IMG/VR virus record: IMGVR_UViG_3300045970_000109 | Span: 1-52,201 of that record | Reading direction: 5' to 3' (one strand) | DNA from: a virus | Taxonomy: Duplodnaviria > Caudoviricetes | DNA length: 52,201 bases | Shown here: positions 36,685-44,675 of the stretch, in pieces | Layout: every line of letters begins with the position of its first letter | Position numbering within the stretch: the first letter of the stretch is position 1 | The notes under the pieces: generated by a model | Database searches by the model: none | Seen by the model: only the letters and a program-made list of their open reading frames with translations | Told to the model about the DNA's origin: nothing | Program-made: the position numbers and the translations under genes

Positions 36685-38166
36685 TTACAGTGAAAAGGGC
36701 GCTACAGCTTCCTTCACAGGAGCGTAGCGTGGGTTGTCAAGGACTTCCATCAGCATCTCAATTGGAGATACTGAGGTGGCGTTAACCGCCTTCTGGAAGA
36801 TAGAAGGAGAGCATCCTGAAACAAGATACACACCCTTCTCGTCCTTGGTAACTGGAGCTTGCTGGCCTCGGCTAGCAACATTCCAGAACACCACCTTAGG
36901 CAGCTCGTAACCAGCATCTGCAAACTTACGCTTAGCGGATTCAAAGTTAGTCAAGCTGCTGTCTCGCATACAACGATCAAACTCCATGTCGGAGATGATG
37001 AAGATGCTGTCAGGCAGTTCGGACTGAGGAACCTTATTGGAAACTGCAGCGTTCAACACAAGGTCAAACACAGCTTCCATGTTAGTGTTCATGTCCCAAT
37101 TAGCCTGAGAAAGATTATTGATACGCTCACGAAGAGTAGTATCAACAAGGTTCTGAAGCTGAGGACGCTCAGAGAAGGTAATGAACTGATCCTTGAAGCA
37201 ACCCTTATTGCGCTCGGCAATGTAGATAGCAAGAGAGATACAGACCTCCATAGGAGTTCCGCTCATGCTACCAGACACGTCAGCAACAACAAGAGCATTC
37301 TTGTCGGTATCAGCATAGTTAGGCAACTGCTTCCACAGAGCCTCAAGAGTCAGGTCGACTCCACTGGAAGCTCCCCAACCACCATGAATACCATACTTGT
37401 GCAGGATGTCATAGGGATAGAGAACTGCAGAGTTGATCTTCACTTCACCCTTAACAGCGGCTTCAATAAACTGCTGATACCGTGTGGCATCATGCTTAGC
37501 GAAAGCCTGCTTGTAGATGAGAGAAGCCCTGGAAGGAACAGAAGAGTAGTTCACCTTAACCCACTCGTTAGCAGACATCTTACGCTCAACGATGTCAATG
37601 TGCTTACGAAGAGCAGACAACTTCTGCCTGTATTCCTTTTCAGTCAGGCCGAGAATCTTAGCCCACTTACGACCAAGAGCCTGAGTCTCCTTAGAGGAAG
37701 TGTTGATAGAAGGCATCCACTTGGCAAGCAAGGAGATAGACTCGCTATCCTTCATGTGGTCGGAGTCAATGTTCAGCTGAGCCTTGATAAGCTCTCTGAC
37801 AATAGGACTATCGGTATATTCGAGAATGTCATCCCAACGACCATACTCAGATACCATGTTAACCACGGTATCGAAGATCAAAGGGCGTTCATTCTTCAGG
37901 ATAGTTAGGCAATTACGGAAACTATCCCGTTCTCCCTGCCCACCGCGAGGATCACGCAAGTAGAAAAGAACTCGCGTGGCCAGTCCTGCGTCAGAGGACA
38001 ATGCCTTATGGAAAAGGTTATCAATCTCAGTCTTCTGACCGCGCTTGGCAGGAGCGTGATAGAAGAAGTCCAGGATGTTATCCATCGTGGAGCTGTGAGT
38101 TACAGCATCATTCTCTGTACGAGTCATGTTGCTGGTCTGTGCGAGAGCCTGTTGGAAGAGATTCAT
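36685..38166 (-). CDS. DUF2828 family protein (TROVE/Ro60-like helical domain + vWA)
   Basis: TEN, LDFF, FYLRDPRGGQGER, YGRWDD, LLAKWMPS, ADVSGSM, ISDMEFD, VFWNV; start MNLF after AAAGGA. Confidence 0.85.
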   Translation of the reverse strand: MNLFQQALAQTSNMTRTENDAVTHSSTMDNILDFFYHAPAKRGQKTEIDNLFHKALSSDAGLATRVLFYLRDPRGGQGERDSFRNCLTILKNERPLIFDTVVNMVSEYGRWDDILEYTDSPIVRELIKAQLNIDSDHMKDSESISLLAKWMPSINTSSKETQALGRKWAKILGLTEKEYRQKLSALRKHIDIVERKMSANEWVKVNYSSVPSRASLIYKQAFAKHDATRYQQFIEAAVKGEVKINSAVLYPYDILHKYGIHGGWGASSGVDLTLEALWKQLPNYADTDKNALVVADVSGSMSGTPMEVCISLAIYIAERNKGCFKDQFITFSERPQLQNLVDTTLRERINNLSQANWDMNTNMEAVFDLVLNAAVSNKVPQSELPDSIFIISDMEFDRCMRDSSLTNFESAKRKFADAGYELPKVVFWNVASRGQQAPVTKDEKGVYLVSGCSPSIFQKAVNATSVSPIEMLMEVLDNPRYAPVKEAVAPFSL

Positions 38167-38178
38167 GGTATTTCCTTT

Positions 38179-38225
38179 CAAGATACGGTTTAACCGTGTG
38201 ATGGTGGGATTGCTGTTAGTATCTT
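38179..38225 (-). ncRNA. CAGCAA-stem (Y-like) RNA copy abutting DUF2828 RBS
   Basis: AAGATAC-TAA-CAGCAAT ... GTATCTTG. Confidence 0.75.
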
Positions 38226-38236
38226 AGTAATGAAAT

Positions 38237-38281
38237 CTAGAGGCCTTCGGGCTTTAACCGTTGAGTTGCTGCATGCCTCTA
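38237..38281 (-). ncRNA. CAGCAA-stem (Y-like) RNA copy
   Basis: TAGAGGC-ATG-CAGCAAC ... GCCTCTAG. Confidence 0.75.
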
Positions 38282-38292
38282 TAAATGAATGA

Positions 38293-38405
38293 CAAGGGAT
38301 GTTATTTAGTCGGACGCTCTACCAGCTGAGCTACAGTGGGTATGAACCACCAGTGAGATTCGAACTCACGACACTCTGATTATTTTTAGTTGCTGTTAAT
38401 CCCTT
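38293..38405 (-). ncRNA. YrlA-like RNA: CAGCAA stem + circularly permuted tRNA domain
   Basis: AAGGGAT-TAA-CAGCAAC, T-arm GTGAG-TTCGAAT-CTCAC, looped acceptor, D-arm GCTC-AGCTGGTA-GAGC, ATCCCTTG. Confidence 0.85.
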
Positions 38406-38428
38406 TGAATAGCTGTAATGTTTGTAAC

Positions 38429-38483
38429 CAAGAGAACTTTACCGAGTAAAAGGAGGTTGGTTTGTAGTTGCTGCTGTTCTCTT
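38429..38483 (-). ncRNA. CAGCAA-stem (Y-like) RNA copy
   Basis: AAGAGAAC-AG-CAGCAAC ... GTTCTCTTG. Confidence 0.75.
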
Positions 38484-38504
38484 TCTGTTACATTGGGTTT
38501 GTAT

Positions 38505-38590
38505 CAAGACACAAATTGGTTGGGCCAATCACTCCTGGTAACAAGGATGCCCGAAGGCTAGCTTTGTTGGTTGGTTGCGGTGTATGTCTT
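38505..38590 (-). ncRNA. CAGCAA-stem (Y-like) RNA copy, three-hairpin cargo
   Basis: AAGACATA-CA-CCGCAAC ... TGTGTCTTG. Confidence 0.75.
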
Positions 38591-38599
38591 TGGTAATGC

Positions 38600-38700
38600 C
38601 TAGGCGCAGCTTGGTAAGTTCAAGCAGACTAGCGATTCGGGGCTCGCCACACCTTGCATAGCTCTTTCGAGCAAGACAGTTTTGTTGCAGTACACGCCTT
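38600..38700 (-). ncRNA. CAGCAA-stem (Y-like) RNA copy, multibranch cargo
   Basis: AAGGCGT-GTA-CTGCAAC ... GCGCCTAG. Confidence 0.75.
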
Positions 38701-38741
38701 TGGACTAGTCATATCGGATCGACAGGGTTAAAACCGAAATG

Positions 38742-39179
38742 TTAATTTAGTTTTATTCCCATCTTGCCCAGGATGTTGGCGTCCTCATCTGACATAACAA
38801 GGTCAGCCTCCTGTGGCACAAGGTCTTTGATGTATTCTCTACGCTCTTCTGGAGAGATGAACAAGCCTAACTCTCTGGAGTCTAGGACATCGTTCATGCT
38901 GCTGTGATCTTCTAACACTTCCCCAAGGCGCTCAATCATTACCTTAGGATGATCCATAGGCATACTATCCAGGTCAACCTTTTTGAAGTCATTGAGTAGG
39001 GTGAGAAGCATGTCAGTAGTCATTCTAAGAGATGGAAACTCTTGCCCACCCTTGTCTGCTGTGTATTCGTGGATGAAGGTATCCAAGTAATCCATGAGGA
39101 TTGCATAGGTGATATACCCTTGAATTTTGTGTAGAGGCTTATCGAAGTCCACACTACTCTCCCTTAGAAGGTTTGACAT
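38742..39179 (-). CDS. hypothetical protein
   Basis: ORF from MSNLL. Confidence 0.6.
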   Translation of the reverse strand: MSNLLRESSVDFDKPLHKIQGYITYAILMDYLDTFIHEYTADKGGQEFPSLRMTTDMLLTLLNDFKKVDLDSMPMDHPKVMIERLGEVLEDHSSMNDVLDSRELGLFISPEERREYIKDLVPQEADLVMSDEDANILGKMGIKLN

Positions 39180-39294
39180 CTTTCTTTTTGTTTTTGGCGA
39201 CTCTCGTAACCCTATTAAGCTTACCAAGAGATAGCTCTCTGTTGGCTGTCTTATAGGGCTTAGCCTTTGGATTCTTAATTGTAGGCTTCTTCAT
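39154..39294 (-). CDS. small Lys-rich protein (46 aa)
   Basis: own translation MKKPTIKNPKAKPY...KKKDVKPSKGE. Confidence 0.4.
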   Translation of the reverse strand: MKKPTIKNPKAKPYKTANRELSLGKLNRVTRVAKNKKKDVKPSKGE

Positions 39295-39331
39295 ACAACC
39301 ACATTTCTTCAGAATTAATTATGAGGATGAA

Positions 39332-39802
39332 ATGACTAAACAATGTATTAAGTGTAAAGAAGTTAAAGAGATTACAGCCTTTGGTAAATGTTCTGCAAAC
39401 AAAAGCGGCATCAGCAATTGGTGTAAACCATGTAGAGTCGAGTCAACCAAACAATCTAGATTGTCTCATCCAAGAAAGGTTTACAAGGATAGAAAAGCTG
39501 AAAGTAAACGCTATCGTCAGAAGTATCCAGACAAAGTAAAAGCTAGTCTTCTTAAATCTAGATACGGCATTACTGTAGAAAACTATAACCAAATGTTAGT
39601 TAGTCAAGATGGTGTGTGTTCTATATGCAAAGGTATAAATAGTAATGGAAAGCCTTTATTTATAGACCATAATCATGAAACTGGCAAAGTTAGAGAGTTG
39701 TTATGCACTACTTGCAACTCTGCTATTGGTTTGCTAAAAGAAAATCCCTTTCTAGCATTAGAAGTAGCTAGGTATTTAGAGAGGCATTCACTTATTGTCT
39801 AG
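39332..39802 (+). CDS. endonuclease VII-like HNH homing endonuclease
   Basis: RYGIT..Y..ML..Q.G.CSIC, IDHNHETGKVRELLCTTCNSAIG. Confidence 0.92.
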   Translation: MTKQCIKCKEVKEITAFGKCSANKSGISNWCKPCRVESTKQSRLSHPRKVYKDRKAESKRYRQKYPDKVKASLLKSRYGITVENYNQMLVSQDGVCSICKGINSNGKPLFIDHNHETGKVRELLCTTCNSAIGLLKENPFLALEVARYLERHSLIV

Positions 39803-40576
39803 TTTATGCTTTCTAAAACTCCAAGAGTTAAATCCATGAGCGGCAATCTTATCCTTATCGGCCATCTCAGGAATAACTTCTGTATTTCCTAAAACTCCTC
39901 CTATCCATTGTTCGAGTTCCTGATAGGCTGTGAACGGATCAAGCACCTTCTGGAAGTTAAGTTCCTTGAGATTAGGATCAACAACAAACCAATCACCACG
40001 CTCTCTGGTATGAAAGAACCCACAGGCGATAGCAATAGATAGTTTGTTCTCAATGGCCCAATCAGATAAGACTTCGTCACCTTTAACAGTTAGAAGCCTA
40101 AGGATCTCATCCATTTCAGTGCTTTTATTCTTACCATAGTAGGCTTTGTTATCACCAGTATAACCAATCTCAGCAGCCTTAGCTAGCCAAGAATCAGCAT
40201 CCCAGTAATAACTAAAGTCACCAAAGGTTGGACCAGTTCTCATATCCTTGAGAGCAATACCACCATACAACTTACCAGCAAATAGAACATAGAGATACTC
40301 TATGTCATAAGTCTGTGTGCTGTATCTACCACGGCCTTCGTGGTAAGCTTTCTCGCTAATCCTAGGATACAAGACATTACTCTCTAGTCTCCAGGAACGT
40401 TTCTCATCCCATTCAGGGAGAGGGAAATTGCCTTTGAACTCTGTTGTATTACGAGTGAAGACCCTAGTAAGATCAACACCTTGACCAGCTACCACGTCAT
40501 AATAATCTTTAAAACGACTAATTATTCGGATAACCACCTCCAGGTAATTTATATCCTTTATGTTGAGTTCTTCCAC
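39788..40576 (-). CDS. hypothetical phage protein (start uncertain)
   Basis: RIISRFKDYYD ... AYQELEQWIGG ... KIAAHGF...SFR. Confidence 0.7.
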   Translation of the reverse strand: MEELNIKDINYLEVVIRIISRFKDYYDVVAGQGVDLTRVFTRNTTEFKGNFPLPEWDEKRSWRLESNVLYPRISEKAYHEGRGRYSTQTYDIEYLYVLFAGKLYGGIALKDMRTGPTFGDFSYYWDADSWLAKAAEIGYTGDNKAYYGKNKSTEMDEILRLLTVKGDEVLSDWAIENKLSIAIACGFFHTRERGDWFVVDPNLKELNFQKVLDPFTAYQELEQWIGGVLGNTEVIPEMADKDKIAAHGFNSWSFRKHKLDNK

Positions 40577-41249
40577 TTTTTTTAGTTAATACTTCGTGCA
40601 GTGTTCCCATACTTAATCCATTGTCTAAACAAAACTGTTTAAGTTCTTTTGTTATTACAATACTGCCATCTGGACATTGTATTGTCCATTCCATAGCCAT
40701 CACTTCTTTGCGTCTTTGTTTACATAATACTCTTGTTTTTTCTAACTGCTCTCTTGCTTTGGCAGCATGTTCTGGCGATAAAATCTTACCTTTATTAGAA
40801 GCAGAAATTTTCTGTTTAGTTTCTTCTGACAGAGGCCCATGACTTACACCAGCCTGTCGTTTAGAACACTTATCTTTATATTTCTGTCCATACTTCCTAC
40901 CCTTGTTAGCAGCAGATATTTTATGCTTTGTTTCTTCTGACCGCTTAATACCAAGGTGAGATCGTTTGGCTGGTAAAATATTATAAAGTGGTATATCTAA
41001 CCTTTTATAATAATCCATCCAGTTTTGCTCTTCTTTAGTAAGTTCATTGGTTAGTGTTTCAGACAGTTGGACAAAATAAAAACTTGCTTGTGTATGTTTA
41101 TCCCAACTTCTTTGCAAGTGTGAACAGTGGTGTCTGTTATTATTGAGTTCGTATTGATGTCTAATCCATCGCTTATCTACATCATACGCTTGCCCCACAT
41201 AAACCCAACCAGTGATTTTATTAAATATAGCATAAATCCCGCAACTCAT
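40518..41249 (-). CDS. GIY-YIG homing endonuclease with NUMOD3 repeats
   Basis: GIYAI...YVGQA, SEETKHKIS repeated. Confidence 0.92.
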   Translation of the reverse strand: MSCGIYAIFNKITGWVYVGQAYDVDKRWIRHQYELNNNRHHCSHLQRSWDKHTQASFYFVQLSETLTNELTKEEQNWMDYYKRLDIPLYNILPAKRSHLGIKRSEETKHKISAANKGRKYGQKYKDKCSKRQAGVSHGPLSEETKQKISASNKGKILSPEHAAKAREQLEKTRVLCKQRRKEVMAMEWTIQCPDGSIVITKELKQFCLDNGLSMGTLHEVLTKKSGRTQHKGYKLPGGGYPNN

Positions 41250-41294
41250 TCAAACCTCGACATATAACTTAATTGTTAAAGTTTGAAATGATTC

Positions 41295-41519
41295 TCATGG
41301 AACCTCTATAATCTCAAAATGTTCTCTAAGGACGGGAATACTTATATTATTTTGTTCTGTCCATCCTCGAAAAGAAAATCTAAAATCAATTTGATTATCT
41401 TTTACTCTATCTAAAAAATTAATAAGGTCTTCTTTTTTATAATACTTAAGACCTTCTGGCTTAAGAACATATTCTCCAGTTGGAAGATATAAAAGTTCAT
41501 GATTTATAACTTTTCCCAT
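41295..41519 (-). CDS. LYLPTG-family paralog
   Basis: HELLYLPTGEYV ... REHFEIIEV. Confidence 0.7.
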   Translation of the reverse strand: MGKVINHELLYLPTGEYVLKPEGLKYYKKEDLINFLDRVKDNQIDFRFSFRGWTEQNNISIPVLREHFEIIEVP

Positions 41520-41881
41520 CGGTCCCTCATCTTCTTGATGTGTTCCTCAGAAACACCATGAATGTTGGGATAGTTACCAGTCATCTCAATGACCTTAATA
41601 GGAATGTTAAGTTCCTTGGCCATATCAAAGTAGGCTTGCATCTCCCACTTCTTCGTGAAGGTATTACTGACAGCAACAGAGTTGCCAGCAAGGAGGTTCT
41701 TCCTAACCTCATCCTGGCACCACTTGTGAGCCTTACCAAGCAGTGAGCCATCCCACTTATACTCTCCGCTCAGGCTGAAATACATATCAGTCTCCAAGTG
41801 AGTGTATTCGGTGAGGGTCTTAGCAAAGGTAGACTTGCCACTACCAGGAAGACCACGAATAAGAAGGATGTTGACAGCCAT
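41504..41881 (-). CDS. P-loop polynucleotide-kinase-like protein (AAA_33)
   Basis: IRGLPGSGKST, AHKWCQ, VSNTF, IHGV. Confidence 0.85.
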   Translation of the reverse strand: MAVNILLIRGLPGSGKSTFAKTLTEYTHLETDMYFSLSGEYKWDGSLLGKAHKWCQDEVRKNLLAGNSVAVSNTFTKKWEMQAYFDMAKELNIPIKVIEMTGNYPNIHGVSEEHIKKMRDRWEKL

Positions 41882-41889
41882 GTTGGCTC

Positions 41890-42516
41890 CTAAGAAATAG
41901 GACGGAATTTGAGGATCTTAGCTACTTCAAGCAGGCTGACTGGTTTCATGTCCCAGGCATCAACACCGATATGAAGGATGTTTTCTGCTGTAAGTTTGTT
42001 TTCAGAGTGTGTATGCCCATGGAGAAGATACTCATCATCGGCAACGATGGGCCGCAAATGGCTATACCGCTGGTCGTATTCATTTGAACGTGGATCATCA
42101 GTATTGGCTGGCGGAAAATGACAGAGGTTCACCTTAGAGTCATAGACAGACTCACAGGTAATATCAGACAGCTTGATGCATCCATGATAGATAGCAGCCA
42201 TACCATATTTGAGGTATAGATCTGTCATCTGCTGGAACTTATCACCCTTGCATTCTTCAGCAAGCCAGTCATGGTTACCAGCAACAAGGATCTTGATACC
42301 ATTCAGCCTAGGTAAGAACTTAGGAACGTTCTCAAACTTCTTACCCATGACAACATCACCAAGGAAGATACAGATATCCATTGGTGCTACAACCTTGTTG
42401 TAGTTGTTGATAAGGCCTTCATTCATGTCATCCACGGTAGTCCAAGGACGATTAGGCATAATCTCTAATGCCCTGAGATGACCGAGATGTAGATCTGAAG
42501 TGAGGTAGAGAGCCAT
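41890..42516 (-). CDS. calcineurin-like metallophosphoesterase
   Basis: TSDLHLGH, LGD, GNHD, CHFP, HGHTH, GVDAW. Confidence 0.9.
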   Translation of the reverse strand: MALYLTSDLHLGHLRALEIMPNRPWTTVDDMNEGLINNYNKVVAPMDICIFLGDVVMGKKFENVPKFLPRLNGIKILVAGNHDWLAEECKGDKFQQMTDLYLKYGMAAIYHGCIKLSDITCESVYDSKVNLCHFPPANTDDPRSNEYDQRYSHLRPIVADDEYLLHGHTHSENKLTAENILHIGVDAWDMKPVSLLEVAKILKFRPIS

Positions 42517-42517
42517 A

Positions 42518-42640
42518 TTAACCGATCCCGAAGAAAGCTTGGACTATTGTTGCCAAGGTTGAGCAGAGGATAACAAAGGCGATAAGTAACCCGCAACCTC
42601 CAAAGTCACCATCGTAGATCTTTTCAAGAAACTTCCACAT
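42518..42640 (-). CDS. small membrane protein
   Basis: MWKFL... single hydrophobic helix. Confidence 0.45.
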   Translation of the reverse strand: MWKFLEKIYDGDFGGCGLLIAFVILCSTLATIVQAFFGIG

Positions 42641-42641
42641 G

Positions 42642-42848
42642 TTATCCCTTTCTAGGTCCAAGCCAAGCAATTTCAAAGAAGAAGATGCAGCAGGTAAAGA
42701 GAATGATACCAAAGAAGAAGCTCTTATCCTTGGGTGTAGGTAGGTTAAGCTCAAGCCCAACAACTACCTTCTCAGCCTTGACAAAGAGTGCGCCTTCAAA
42801 GTACCAGTTCTCTGTTCTTTTAGTATGGTACTTGTTAAAGATTTTCAT
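42642..42848 (-). CDS. hypothetical protein
   Basis: 68 aa ORF. Confidence 0.5.
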   Translation of the reverse strand: MKIFNKYHTKRTENWYFEGALFVKAEKVVVGLELNLPTPKDKSFFFGIILFTCCIFFFEIAWLGPRKG

Positions 42849-43002
42849 CTTCTTCAGCCTGTTTGATAGCTACCGTGAAAGAGTTGCCAACATAGTTACG
42901 CATGTCCTGTTCGCTCTCTTGCTCATTGTAATGAGCACGAATAGCTTTGCAGGCATTGTTCTTCTTGGGCTGTTTGTTGGCATCTTTATAAGACTTACTC
43001 AT
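42835..43002 (-). CDS. hypothetical protein
   Basis: start MSKSY. Confidence 0.5.
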   Translation of the reverse strand: MSKSYKDANKQPKKNNACKAIRAHYNEQESEQDMRNYVGNSFTVAIKQAEEDENL

Positions 43003-43003
43003 A

Positions 43004-43261
43004 TTAATACCTTCCTTCTTTGGTTTGATATTGAGGCCAGTAAACGATGTAACCAAGTCCCATGCTATCACGAACACCACCGCGAATACCATGAGCAGCT
43101 GCTTCTTTTAAGCACTGAGTGTCATCGTCACAATCAATGCCAAGACACTGGGCACCATACATACAGCGACCAGAGTAAGTAGTTCTGAGCCTACCACCAA
43201 TGATATCTGCAACCTCTTGCAGAATAGCCTTGGCTTCTTCAACTGTAAAGGTCTTAGTCAT
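43004..43261 (-). CDS. hypothetical phage protein
   Basis: YSGRCMYG..CLGI ... DSMGLGYIVYWP. Confidence 0.65.
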   Translation of the reverse strand: MTKTFTVEEAKAILQEVADIIGGRLRTTYSGRCMYGAQCLGIDCDDDTQCLKEAAAHGIRGGVRDSMGLGYIVYWPQYQTKEGRY

Positions 43262-43417
43262 ATTATTAATCCTCAGGAACAAAGGGTCCAATAACGAGCT
43301 TATTAGCTTCGTCACTGAAAAAGAAGTCTTCGAAAGTCCTATACCCATCTACTTTGACAACAACTTGGGCATCAAGATCAGGTGCGTTAGATAGTTCAGC
43401 AATCAACTGACCGATAG

Positions 43418-43786
43418 TCATCGTTTGATTCCTTTGATAAGGTCATGAAGTTGATCCCAGGTATACCGTGGGTAATCAAACATCCTCATGAGGTTAGAGA
43501 CAGGCTCATTGACATCATAGTCAACCTTGCCGTAACAAATGCGTTGCCAAGCATGTTCAAGCGTTTCGTCAGGAGTCTTACCTTGTGCCTCCAGTTCGTT
43601 GAGTTTACGGGCAAAGTTCATTGCATCCTGAGATGCGTTAAGGTATTCAGTTAACCACTTCTGCCTGTCTTCAAGTAGCTTGTCAAGAATGGTTAAAGCT
43701 TCCTTGGCTTGGTCTTGTTGCCAATAAACTATACCAAGATCCTCTAAAGCTTCTCTTAGTTTGGTAATCTCTTCAGGTGTTAGCAT
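43418..43786 (-). CDS. hypothetical protein
   Basis: start MLTPE. Confidence 0.55.
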   Translation of the reverse strand: MLTPEEITKLREALEDLGIVYWQQDQAKEALTILDKLLEDRQKWLTEYLNASQDAMNFARKLNELEAQGKTPDETLEHAWQRICYGKVDYDVNEPVSNLMRMFDYPRYTWDQLHDLIKGIKR

Positions 43787-43787
43787 G

Positions 43788-44060
43788 CTATTCCTTTCGA
43801 GTAACTGTGATGGGAACAACTATAAGGGAATAAGTAAGGTTTGGTGTCACCTTACTCTGAGCATAATTTGGGTGATTCATTATGTTCATGATAGATGTAA
43901 TGAATCCTTTAGCAGCTGGTACGCTATTCCAAAGGTGTGCTAGGTCAATATCTTGCGTGAATAACTGATTGTTAAGCGCATGATAGCCGCTAGTGGTTTG
44001 AACGTAATTACGTTCATTCGTTATATCCTTAACTACATACTTCTCAATGGGCATATCCAT
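43788..44060 (-). CDS. hypothetical protein
   Basis: start after AGGAGG. Confidence 0.5.
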   Translation of the reverse strand: MDMPIEKYVVKDITNERNYVQTTSGYHALNNQLFTQDIDLAHLWNSVPAAKGFITSIMNIMNHPNYAQSKVTPNLTYSLIVVPITVTRKE

Positions 44061-44128
44061 GCCTCCTATTAAACAAAGGAAAAGAGCCAACGCTATCAAG
44101 CTATTGGCTCTAACTAACTATCTTACAG

Positions 44129-44542
44129 CTATTTAGCGGGCTTTTTAAAACCCGGTGCGTTAATCTCAGCCCATTCAGCCCACATTTTATCATATATTGC
44201 CATGTGAGTAACAAACTCTTTCCTTATTTCAATGATGTTATCTTTGTTGAAGGTAACTTTATAGTCATCTATCAACCTCTTAACTTTTATTCCAATCCTT
44301 CTATGCTCCATGATATGTGCATGTGACTCATCGAATGGATAGTTCTGTCTAGCCATATAGAGTTCTTCATGTTCAAAATGATGGGTGCAGTAATCTAAGA
44401 ACGCCTGTGTAAGCTTTAACGGATCGGCATCAATGTGTCCATCTGATCCTACCGATAGCTGTACAAGGAATATCGTTAGATCTCTATGTTCAGCATCAAT
44501 CTTTTTGATACCAAGTAACGGGATGTTGGAGTAAATGCTCAT
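44129..44542 (-). CDS. bacteriohemerythrin
   Basis: GIKKIDAEH, HFEHEE, HIMEH, H....D iron ligands. Confidence 0.88.
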   Translation of the reverse strand: MSIYSNIPLLGIKKIDAEHRDLTIFLVQLSVGSDGHIDADPLKLTQAFLDYCTHHFEHEELYMARQNYPFDESHAHIMEHRRIGIKVKRLIDDYKVTFNKDNIIEIRKEFVTHMAIYDKMWAEWAEINAPGFKKPAK

Positions 44543-44551
44543 GAACTTAAT

Positions 44552-44669
44552 TGGTAAGCCCTGCTAGATTCGAACTAGCTTGAAGTGTATGAAATTATCG
44601 GCCGCTTCTGTCCTGGAGATAACCTGTGATTAAACACTAGAGTGCCCGTGAACTCAGTTATCAAGGCTC
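44552..44669 (-). ncRNA. tRNA-like RNA: acceptor + T-arm + CCA, non-tRNA interior
   Basis: GAGCCTT/AGGGCTT-A-CCA; GCTAG-TTCGAAT-CTAGC. Confidence 0.65.
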
Positions 44670-44675
44670 GTTTTA

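Noticed and set aside
36859-37908. 349-aa plus-strand ORF, and similar ones at 2174, 15611 and 33014
   Set aside because: Antisense shadows of well-supported genes with biased codons; no motifs or RBS.
36575-38700. Array of repeats as a CRISPR array
   Set aside because: There are no identical direct repeats; only a 6-7 nt motif and the structure are shared, unit lengths vary widely, and no cas gene is in the window.
44552-44669. tRNA-Sec
   Set aside because: No UCA in an anticodon arm, no 8-bp acceptor and no G73.
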